This document shows positions 1-7,077 of a stretch of 18,217 nt of DNA, one piece after another (within the stretch, counting starts at the first letter, position 1; every line of letters starts with the position of its first letter). The stretch comes from Candidatus Thorarchaeota archaeon (GTDB lineage Archaea; Asgardarchaeota; Thorarchaeia; Thorarchaeales; Thorarchaeaceae), in NCBI GenBank assembly GCA_016840855.1, contig JAEORO010000212.1:1-18217 (forward strand). Reading direction: 5' to 3'. The notes beneath the pieces were generated by a model, which saw only the letters and a program-made list of their open reading frames with translations, did no database searches and was not told the DNA's origin. A program made the position numbers and the translations under genes.

Positions 1-1694
1 ATTTACCTCCTTATCCGCGATGCAATGACTTCATGCTTCTTAAACAAGATCTCATTTGGTCTTGGGAAGAACTACCAATTCAGGTTATTACTGGCTTTGA
101 TTATCGAATCGCCATGACCGGTGATTTTGAGACAAATGAGTACGGGAATAGGATGTTTGACATTTCCAGATGGTTGATTGATTCTTCAGGTAATTGGGTT
201 AGCTGCAGTGGCGGTGATTTTCGTACTCAGTCCCCAGATGATTTCATCCAGACTGCTTCAGAACTTCAAGGAATACCTCGAAACGAGATATTTGGAGGGA
301 TGATTGAGAATAGCGAAGGGTTCCAAGAAGACCCTGAAGATCGTTTGACTTTCGCTATTGGGTTGGCTCCATCCATCAATTTCCTAGACTATCACTGGGT
401 TGAATCTGCATATCTAAATTGGACTGGAACCGTAACGATTACAATCAGAGCTATCACTTGTGCAGCATTTAGTTCTATAGCTCCTGATACTATTCCAGCA
501 CCTCCGCTTTTAGGATTCTGGCAATCATCCATATCTAGTAGAGGAGATGCCGTGACTGTAAGCTCAGATGGCTATGTTTACACCGTCGGTACTGAGGGAT
601 CTTATAGTACAGGTGATCTCGATCTTGTTCTTCAAAAGTGGGACAGTGATGCAAATATCTTATGGACTCAACAGATTTCTGGAGCCAGTGTTCATATAGG
701 GAAAGATGTTCTAGTTTCTGAAAGTGGTTCAATTTATACACTTGGAGCTTATAGACCAGTTTTTGGTGAGAGTTCAAATGCAACTGTGGTTGTGACTCAA
801 TGGGATTCTAATGGCAACCAAATCAATACAAATTTGCTAGAAACCCAGTTTGGAGGAACTTTTCAGTCCTTTGTGATTGATAATGAAGACAGTTTCTATA
901 TTACTGGTGCACTTGATTTGGGTCATAATGGATCATATTATCTAACTGTTCTCAAGTGCAACCCGGACCTAGAAATTGTTTGGGTTCGAACAGTGGGTGA
1001 TTATCCCACCATGGGTAGTCCATCAATAGATGTTGACTCGGATGATAATGTCTATGTTATAGGCTATTTAGGGCAGATGGCAAAGTTAGACTCTGATGGA
1101 AATATTTTGTGGCATAAAATTGAGTCTGGCTCATCAATTGCGGTTGATGATGAGGGTTCACTCTACTCTTTAGGGTCATATCAGGGTCATATTTTTGTTT
1201 CGAAATACAACAGCGTTTCTGGTGCTCAAATATGGAATACAACGGCTGGATACAGCTGGTATGGCTACCCAATATTTGATTATTACCCAATCGACATTGC
1301 TGTAGGTATAGATGGATCTGTTTGTACTGTCAGCTCAATTAGCGCTGGACTTGGTTGCGACCTTCCAATCGTAATAAGTTTCAATGCTACAAACGGGGTT
1401 CATCAGTGGAACTCCACTTGGCTTCCCGACTTGCCAAATAGAGCATGGAACTTCTATCCTGGACCTGGAAATCGCATAGCTATGGCTTCGGGAAATCGAG
1501 TCTTTGTAACAGGAAGTGCATATATTGGAGCTGATTCCTCTTCTGGAGTAGGAGTAATCGCGCTTGCAGTAATAGGTCCCTCAATTCAATCAGGAGCTTT
1601 TGGCCCTCAATGGCTCATACCAGTAATAGGTGCAATAGGTTTGGTTATAGCTGCGTTAGCTATTTTGCTGTTAAGACGAAAACGGAGTGTCTAA
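1..1694 (+). CDS. Membrane-anchored cell-surface beta-propeller (SBBP-type repeat) protein, 5'-truncated by the window edge
   Basis: The frame is open from base 3 (LPPYPRCNDF) into the ATG at 33, so the real start is probably upstream. There are seven repeats of the type DAVTVSSDGYVYTVG / DVLVSESGSIYTLG / SFVIDNEDSFYITG / SIDVDSDDNVYVIG / SIAVDDEGSLYSLG / DIAVGIDGSVCTVS / RIAMASGNRVFVTG. A C-terminal hydrophobic helix (WLIPVIGAIGLVIAALAILLL) is followed by RRKR. Several NxS/T sequons are present (NWT, NAT, NGS, NTT, NST). Confidence 0.8.
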   Translation, partial: LPPYPRCNDFMLLKQDLIWSWEELPIQVITGFDYRIAMTGDFETNEYGNRMFDISRWLIDSSGNWVSCSGGDFRTQSPDDFIQTASELQGIPRNEIFGGMIENSEGFQEDPEDRLTFAIGLAPSINFLDYHWVESAYLNWTGTVTITIRAITCAAFSSIAPDTIPAPPLLGFWQSSISSRGDAVTVSSDGYVYTVGTEGSYSTGDLDLVLQKWDSDANILWTQQISGASVHIGKDVLVSESGSIYTLGAYRPVFGESSNATVVVTQWDSNGNQINTNLLETQFGGTFQSFVIDNEDSFYITGALDLGHNGSYYLTVLKCNPDLEIVWVRTVGDYPTMGSPSIDVDSDDNVYVIGYLGQMAKLDSDGNILWHKIESGSSIAVDDEGSLYSLGSYQGHIFVSKYNSVSGAQIWNTTAGYSWYGYPIFDYYPIDIAVGIDGSVCTVSSISAGLGCDLPIVISFNATNGVHQWNSTWLPDLPNRAWNFYPGPGNRIAMASGNRVFVTGSAYIGADSSSGVGVIALAVIGPSIQSGAFGPQWLIPVIGAIGLVIAALAILLLRRKRSV

Positions 1695-1718
1695 AAGTGT
1701 CTTAAGCATCTAGTGTGT

Positions 1719-1783
1719 TGGTCAAGAGTCATTGACTAGCTGGTCAAGGAACGTAGGATTATATCAAATTATAACTAAGTTAT
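1719..1783 (+). promoter_or_regulatory. Promoter region of the ArsR-type gene with palindromic operator candidates
   Basis: TTATAA at 1769-1774 lies about 25 nt before ATG 1796 (leaderless geometry), with an alternative TTATAT at 1759-1764. A perfect 6-1-6 inverted repeat ATAACT-A-AGTTAT at 1771-1783 overlaps the TATA. A near-palindrome TTGACTAGCTGGTCAA is at 1732-1747, and TGGTCAAG is repeated at 1719 and 1741. Confidence 0.5.
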
Positions 1784-1795
1784 TTGTGAGAAAAA

Positions 1796-2248
1796 ATGAC
1801 CTCAGATGAAGTATTTGAAGCAATCTCTCATCCCATGAGAATAGCAATCCTGAAGGAACTAGCAAAAAAACCAACCCGTTTTGCAGATCTAAAACGGAAA
1901 CTAAAAATCAAGAGTAGTGGTCTCTTAGATTTTCATCTCAAGAAGATGGATGCTGTTGTCACCACTGACAAAGATGGAATATACACTTTGAATGCCCGAG
2001 GATTTGCAGCTCTTCATGCAGTAAATGTTGTATCAAATTATGGCTGGCAGCGACGATCGTTGATAATCAATATAGCTATGCTAGGATCTATCAACATATA
2101 CTTCTTCTTTACAGCTCCACAATTCTATCTTTTCACAGCGATTCCAACAATTGGTTGGATTGTGTTCTACAGCTATTGGACTCTCGTGAAGAGAGGTGTA
2201 CGCTTAAGAAACAACAGCAATTCATCAAAAGAGATGGAGGTTCTCTGA
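1796..2248 (+). CDS. ArsR-family winged-helix transcriptional regulator with two C-terminal transmembrane helices
   Basis: The N-terminus VFEAISHPMRIAILKELAKKPTRFADLKRKLKIKSSGLLDFHLKKM...GIYTLNARG fits the ArsR/HTH_20 pattern. Residues ~89-131 form two hydrophobic segments. Confidence 0.85.
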   Translation: MTSDEVFEAISHPMRIAILKELAKKPTRFADLKRKLKIKSSGLLDFHLKKMDAVVTTDKDGIYTLNARGFAALHAVNVVSNYGWQRRSLIINIAMLGSINIYFFFTAPQFYLFTAIPTIGWIVFYSYWTLVKRGVRLRNNSNSSKEMEVL

Positions 2249-2272
2249 TTATGAATTGTCGCGTAATTGTTA

Positions 2273-2284
2273 AACATTATATAT
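2273..2284 (+). promoter_or_regulatory. Putative archaeal TATA box for the ABC exporter operon
   Basis: TTATATAT at 2277-2284 is preceded by the A-rich AAACA and lies about 60 nt upstream of the TTG start at 2346. Confidence 0.4.
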
Positions 2285-2345
2285 CTTTAGAAGAAGAATT
2301 CGCATCTGATAGTCATAATAACAAAGAAAGGAAGTTTGAAGTCGA

Positions 2346-3125
2346 TTGTCTGCTGTTAAAATTCAGAATCTTGTAAAGACTTTTGGAGACTTAGTTGCTG
2401 TCAATGAACTCACTCTGGATGTTCGTGAGGGTGAGATATATGGACTTCTTGGTCCCAATGGTGCTGGGAAAACTACAACAATTAGAATGCTCATGGGCTT
2501 ACTTGATCCAGATTCTGGTCATGCAAGTGTTTTTGGCCTCGATTCAACAAATGATCCCGTTGGAGTGAAACGTCTTGTTGGGTATGTGCCTGAGGAACAA
2601 CAGTTGTATGATTCTTTGACTCCAAGAGAACTTTTCGACTTCATTGCATCAATCCGACAACTAGCTCAAGAAAAGGTAAACAAGAGAATCAAGGAATTTG
2701 TGAAAGCTCTTGATTTCGGAAAGTACTATGATAAGATGATTGTTACTCTTTCACAGGGCAATAAGCAGAAAACAATGTTAATTGCTGCGTTGTTACATGC
2801 GCCAAAGTTATTGATACTTGATGAGCCATTCTCCGGCCTTGATGTCCGATCTGCCAAAATAATGAAGGACATAGTACGAATTCATACCCAAAACGGAGGT
2901 TCGGTACTACTTAGCACACATGTAATGGAAATTGCACAGGGTCTTTGTGATCGAGTTGGTATAATTGATGAAGGTGTCCTGGTTGCAGAAGGCACGCTCG
3001 AAGAACTTCGGGTTAAAGCCCATAAAGATGGTGCAACTCTTGAAAGTCTATTTCTAAAATTGACAAAGCAAGAGGATGAAGTTGCTGAGGGAGTATCTGT
3101 GCTGCGGGAGGCACTAGTTGAATGA
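2346..3125 (+). CDS. ABC transporter ATP-binding protein (ABC-2/multidrug exporter type)
   Basis: Walker A GPNGAGKTT, signature LSQGNKQK, Walker B LLILDE, H-loop LLSTH. TTG start. ATGA overlap with the next gene. Confidence 0.95.
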   Translation: MSAVKIQNLVKTFGDLVAVNELTLDVREGEIYGLLGPNGAGKTTTIRMLMGLLDPDSGHASVFGLDSTNDPVGVKRLVGYVPEEQQLYDSLTPRELFDFIASIRQLAQEKVNKRIKEFVKALDFGKYYDKMIVTLSQGNKQKTMLIAALLHAPKLLILDEPFSGLDVRSAKIMKDIVRIHTQNGGSVLLSTHVMEIAQGLCDRVGIIDEGVLVAEGTLEELRVKAHKDGATLESLFLKLTKQEDEVAEGVSVLREALVE

Positions 3126-4759
3126 AATTTTCAGAAGCATGGAAACTCGCCAGTGTAATTGCACAAGAATCACGATTTCAAGCCTATTTAGAGATGAATC
3201 CATCAAATCTTGCACGAGTGAAGGAGTTTCCAGAAAAAATTTCACGTTCAATCAAATCATCCAGTCGAATCAGCTATGCGATGACTACAATGATTCTAAC
3301 AATGATTGCCATTATTGCTTTAGCAGCCTCGGCATTCGATGTTTCCATTGGGAATCCTGAAACACGATTAGCTGTGGGTTTCACTGTCTATTTAGCACTA
3401 ACATTCGTTGTTGTGTTCTTTCTTAACCTAACATCTACTACTGGATTAATCACTTCAGGTGCCATGAATTTACCTGCTATACTGCCTTTAAGTCGAGCCG
3501 ATATCGAACAGCTCTCATTCATGACCTTTGCTAGGATTTTCTTTGCTCCTGTCTTACTCTCATTAACAATATTTCCAATCGGTAGTCTGATTGTTTTTGG
3601 ACCTTTAGTAGCGCTGGTTGCTTTTGTTGCATGTGCAAGCACGATTTCAATTGCTATTGGAGCTCTTATTGCCATGTCAAAATGGTTCCATAGGAAATCT
3701 CACTCGTCAGATGAGTCAAGAGGTTCTGCCTTTGTTAGAATAGCAGCTTCACTTGGTATAGTAATTGGTATGGTCAGTGTGTATAGCTTAAGCAGCTATC
3801 TTCCTGCTCTGATGAGATTTATTATTGAACTCTCAAGTGTTTGGGGAGAGACTGCTTTCACGGTTTTAGCACTCGTCTTTCCTTTTTCATTTGGCTTCTT
3901 TGCAGCTTCATTGACATTTACCATGCCCTTACACACATTTCTTGCATCTATAGTTGGTACAAGTGTTTATTCCTTAATTGCTGTGATTCTATACTTCCGA
4001 AGTGGGAAATCTCTAAGACAAGTAACTATTAGTGGAGTGACGACCACACAGATTACCATCGAGAAAGAGGTAATCATTAATTCCACAAGCCCGCTCAAAG
4101 CAATGATACGTAAAGACCTTAAATTGGCTACAAGAAACATAGGCTCAGCTTTTGTTTTTGCAATACCAATTTTCCTCATCGTAATGCTATTTCCAATGAT
4201 TCAAAATTGGAGAGTTGATGGCTTTCTTCGTAGTGTGACTGCACTGACAGCTGTGAGTTATGCAAATCTGTTTGGTGGGATTTCATTAGTAACTATCCTA
4301 ATGTTCGATACGCAAGGCGCATCTGTGCATGAGGGACTTCCAATAAGCTCGAAGCTTGTTCTGAAAAGTAAGACATCGATTTTGATCGTTCCTTATATCT
4401 TGTGTATGGTTGCGATAGACATTATGATTCTAGTCAATAATCCAATCACACTTCTGCTACTTCTTATCCCAATCATTCAGATTCCCGTTGGATATTTTGT
4501 TGGAATGGCTGTAGGTGCAACAATCTTCCGGATGAGGGGTGGTGGTAGGGCAGTAGCAATCAATGTTGCCTCTGACCAAGCAATGGGTTTGATATCAGCG
4601 GCTATGGGAGCTGTTGCGGGCATTATTCCGCTTGTTGGATATGGACTTGCAATGCTGGCTACAGGGTCTCATGTAATCAGTCTGGCATGTCAAGGTATAC
4701 TTGTCATATTTACAATGATTCTAGCCCGGAACTACATACCCAAACTTCTGAAGGATTGA
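3122..4759 (+). CDS. ABC exporter permease (archaeal ABC-2-type, about 12 TM helices)
   Basis: Highly hydrophobic 545 aa in two halves, with typical ABC-2 elements (LPAILPLSRADI, PLKAMIRKDLKLATRN, EGLPISSKLVLKSK). Translationally coupled to the ATPase. Confidence 0.85.
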   Translation: MKFSEAWKLASVIAQESRFQAYLEMNPSNLARVKEFPEKISRSIKSSSRISYAMTTMILTMIAIIALAASAFDVSIGNPETRLAVGFTVYLALTFVVVFFLNLTSTTGLITSGAMNLPAILPLSRADIEQLSFMTFARIFFAPVLLSLTIFPIGSLIVFGPLVALVAFVACASTISIAIGALIAMSKWFHRKSHSSDESRGSAFVRIAASLGIVIGMVSVYSLSSYLPALMRFIIELSSVWGETAFTVLALVFPFSFGFFAASLTFTMPLHTFLASIVGTSVYSLIAVILYFRSGKSLRQVTISGVTTTQITIEKEVIINSTSPLKAMIRKDLKLATRNIGSAFVFAIPIFLIVMLFPMIQNWRVDGFLRSVTALTAVSYANLFGGISLVTILMFDTQGASVHEGLPISSKLVLKSKTSILIVPYILCMVAIDIMILVNNPITLLLLLIPIIQIPVGYFVGMAVGATIFRMRGGGRAVAINVASDQAMGLISAAMGAVAGIIPLVGYGLAMLATGSHVISLACQGILVIFTMILARNYIPKLLKD

Positions 4760-4876
4760 CTGATAATACAAACTTTCATTGTATGAATGCTTTGTAAACA
4801 ACCCATCAAAGCTTACATAGTCAAAATTCTCACAATTCTAGGAAACCTAATCCAAATTGAACTTGATGTGTAGAGC

Positions 4877-6127
4877 ATGTCCGAGGTCGAGCCCCAGGAA
4901 AAGGAAATTACGATATTTCAGAGAGCTCGTTTCATTCTTTTTGAACCCTCTCAAGAAATTAAATCTGATGTCCTTAGAATGAATGCTAGGCTCCTATCTT
5001 TTGCGCTATTCCTTATTGTTATTCTTCTCCCCTTCATCCAATTACTTTTGGGTATTCTTCTTGATAATAGCTTTCTATTTTTCTTTGCAACGAGTATCTT
5101 CTTGACGCTTTATTTAATTAGTAGAACAAAATTCGTCGTTGTTGCAGGAATTTTGACCACTCTTTGCTTAGCGATTATGCCATTCCTCTTCCTGTTAATG
5201 GAATTCAATCAGGATCCAGTCAGAGTGGCGTTGAATATTATAATTTGGCCTGTCATAGCAGCACTTTTTGGAAGTCAATGGTTAACATCTAAATTGGAAG
5301 CACTACTTATTATTGGAGAAACATCGAGTTTATTCATTTACTGTCACCTACACCCCAGCATCGGTCTTAGTGTTGCTCTAGAGCCTATTATAGATCAATT
5401 TGCACTATCCTTAGTTGTACTCATATTTACATGGATATTGCACTATTATGTACGACAGTTGGAAGAACACAAGCAATTCCTTGAGCAACGTCAACGGGAG
5501 CTTGAAGTCTATACTTCAGTTTTGACACACGATCTCGGAAATGATATGCAAATAGTTAGGGGTCTTGTTGAGCTTCTTCATGAAACACTGGAGATACCTC
5601 AAGATAAGGAGTCATACCTCTCCACCTCTATCGCTGTGAGTGAAAGGATGTCTCGCGTCATCAAGCTCTTCTCAGTTGTTGGGCGAGGTGTGGAATACGA
5701 TTTTCTTAAGACTCTCCAAACAATGGCTGATCGAGCCAAGGACGCGACTGGAGGGGCTAATGTCAGCCTTCTTATTGAACCTGATATTCGATCAGCTGAA
5801 ATTCGTCCAGGAATCTTACTTCCTTTAGTTCTGGAAAACTTGCTAAGGAATACCGCAGATTGTGTGGGTGAAAGCGCAGTTGTAACCATCCGTCTAGGAC
5901 TTGTGGAGAAGAGATTGATAATCACATATCGTGATAATGGACCCGGTATTGACGCAAGCATTAGAGATCGAATTTTCCAAAAAGGTGTAACGACGAAAGG
6001 TGAAGGAAAGGGTCTTGGTTTGTATCTTTCTAAGAGAATTGTAGAATCATATGGTGGCACAATCGAGTTATTAGATGAGCGGGAAAGAAAAGGTGCTGCA
6101 TTTCTCATCTCAGTACCAGTTCGGTGA
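4877..6127 (+). CDS. Membrane-bound sensor histidine kinase
   Basis: About 6 N-terminal TM helices and a coiled coil (QLEEHKQFLEQRQRELE). H-box THDLGNDMQ, N-box ENLLRN, G1 DNGPGI, F-box IFQKGVTTK, G2 GKGLGLYLS. Confidence 0.93.
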   Translation: MSEVEPQEKEITIFQRARFILFEPSQEIKSDVLRMNARLLSFALFLIVILLPFIQLLLGILLDNSFLFFFATSIFLTLYLISRTKFVVVAGILTTLCLAIMPFLFLLMEFNQDPVRVALNIIIWPVIAALFGSQWLTSKLEALLIIGETSSLFIYCHLHPSIGLSVALEPIIDQFALSLVVLIFTWILHYYVRQLEEHKQFLEQRQRELEVYTSVLTHDLGNDMQIVRGLVELLHETLEIPQDKESYLSTSIAVSERMSRVIKLFSVVGRGVEYDFLKTLQTMADRAKDATGGANVSLLIEPDIRSAEIRPGILLPLVLENLLRNTADCVGESAVVTIRLGLVEKRLIITYRDNGPGIDASIRDRIFQKGVTTKGEGKGLGLYLSKRIVESYGGTIELLDERERKGAAFLISVPVR

Positions 6128-6170
6128 AGAATGATTTGGTTTAATTAGGCAGAAGCTTGTAGCTTTTTGT

Positions 6171-6773
6171 ATGGGCTTTAGATATCAGAAATATTCGTTA
6201 ACAACAATAAGTGGAACCACAGTAGTTTTTCTTTACTGCGTGTTCACGTTGGTTTCATGGGCTTTCTACCCTGCTCCATATGGTCCTGTTACCCATTTTC
6301 TCAGTAGTTTAGGAAATTTCGATTATAGTCCCTTTGGCGCATATTTCTATAATCTTGGCTGTATTTTTACTGGTCTTGCTCTTATTCCATTTTTCATTAG
6401 TCTTAAGGATTGGTGGACCAAAAGTCCAGTTCAAAGAATTATCATGGTGATAGGTCAGCTACTTGGCATTGCGTCAGGAATTGCACTCATATCAATTGGT
6501 GTTTTTTCTGAGAATCTGGGTCAACCACATCTGGATGCTTCTAGTGCATTCTTCAGAATCATATTCTTTGTACTGATTCTGATAATTATTGCATTATTCT
6601 TCAATCCTGTATTCAATAAAATCGTTGGTGTTTATGGTTTTGGAATTACATTCTCAAGTCTTGGTTTTGCACTCACTGTTGGAGGTACTTTGACTGAGTG
6701 GTACACTGTTTTTGGTTCGTTACTCTTTGTAGCCCTACTTGCGTTAAATAGCATGAAGCTGAATAGTGATTGA
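6171..6773 (+). CDS. DUF998 / Frag1-DRAM-Sfk1-like integral membrane protein
   Basis: About 6 TM helices with family-like motifs Y..VTHFLSSLG, GAYFYNLGCIFTG and GIALISIGVFSEN...PH. TTTAATTA about 25-30 nt upstream suggests its own leaderless promoter. Confidence 0.7.
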   Translation: MGFRYQKYSLTTISGTTVVFLYCVFTLVSWAFYPAPYGPVTHFLSSLGNFDYSPFGAYFYNLGCIFTGLALIPFFISLKDWWTKSPVQRIIMVIGQLLGIASGIALISIGVFSENLGQPHLDASSAFFRIIFFVLILIIIALFFNPVFNKIVGVYGFGITFSSLGFALTVGGTLTEWYTVFGSLLFVALLALNSMKLNSD

Positions 6774-6862
6774 ACGAATGTAATATCGTAATCGTAGACG
6801 CTGGTCTTGGTGAATCAGGCGCTGCTTTGGAAGCTGCAAATAGGGGTCTGAAGATGATTTTT
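6770..6862 (+). pseudogene. Decayed 5' remnant of a GGR/FixC-family flavoprotein gene (paralog of 9731..11131)
   Basis: The first 31 codons MNECNIVIVDAGLGESGAALEAANRGLKMIF match MNEYEIVIVGAGPGGSTAAKEAAEKGLKTIF at 21/31 positions. GxGxxG is broken (G>D, G>E). Similarity stops abruptly, and the rest of the 76-aa ORF runs through promoter DNA. The TTGA overlap with the upstream stop is retained. Confidence 0.85.
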
Positions 6863-6981
6863 TCGTCTAACAGATTTCAAACAAAAATGTGCAATATGTT
6901 GACTATTGCTGCTAATTATACCACTATGCGGATAATCGATTCTCATTTAGTAAATTCGAAAATTGTCGAAAGTATCCGCTC

Positions 6982-7063
6982 TATAAATAGTGAGATATAA
7001 TAGGTAGAATTCAACTGCGTAGAAATCTACCTATGCATAATAAGCTGATACGTTGAATTCATT
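6982..7063 (+). promoter_or_regulatory. Operon promoter with repeated palindromic operator candidates (consensus GTWGAWWTCWAC)
   Basis: TATAAATA at 6982-6989. GTAGAATTCAAC at 7004-7015, GTAGAAATCTAC at 7019-7030 and a partial copy GTTGAATTCATT at 7052-7063. A larger inverted repeat ATAGGTAGAATTC (7000-7012) / GAAATCTACCTAT (7022-7034) matches at 12/13. Confidence 0.6.
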
Positions 7064-7077
7064 GAGTACAAACATTC

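Noticed and set aside
6770-7000. 76-aa ORF as an intact small protein
   Set aside because: Only the first 31 codons are protein-like, the FAD-binding glycines are mutated, and the remainder overlaps the next promoter.
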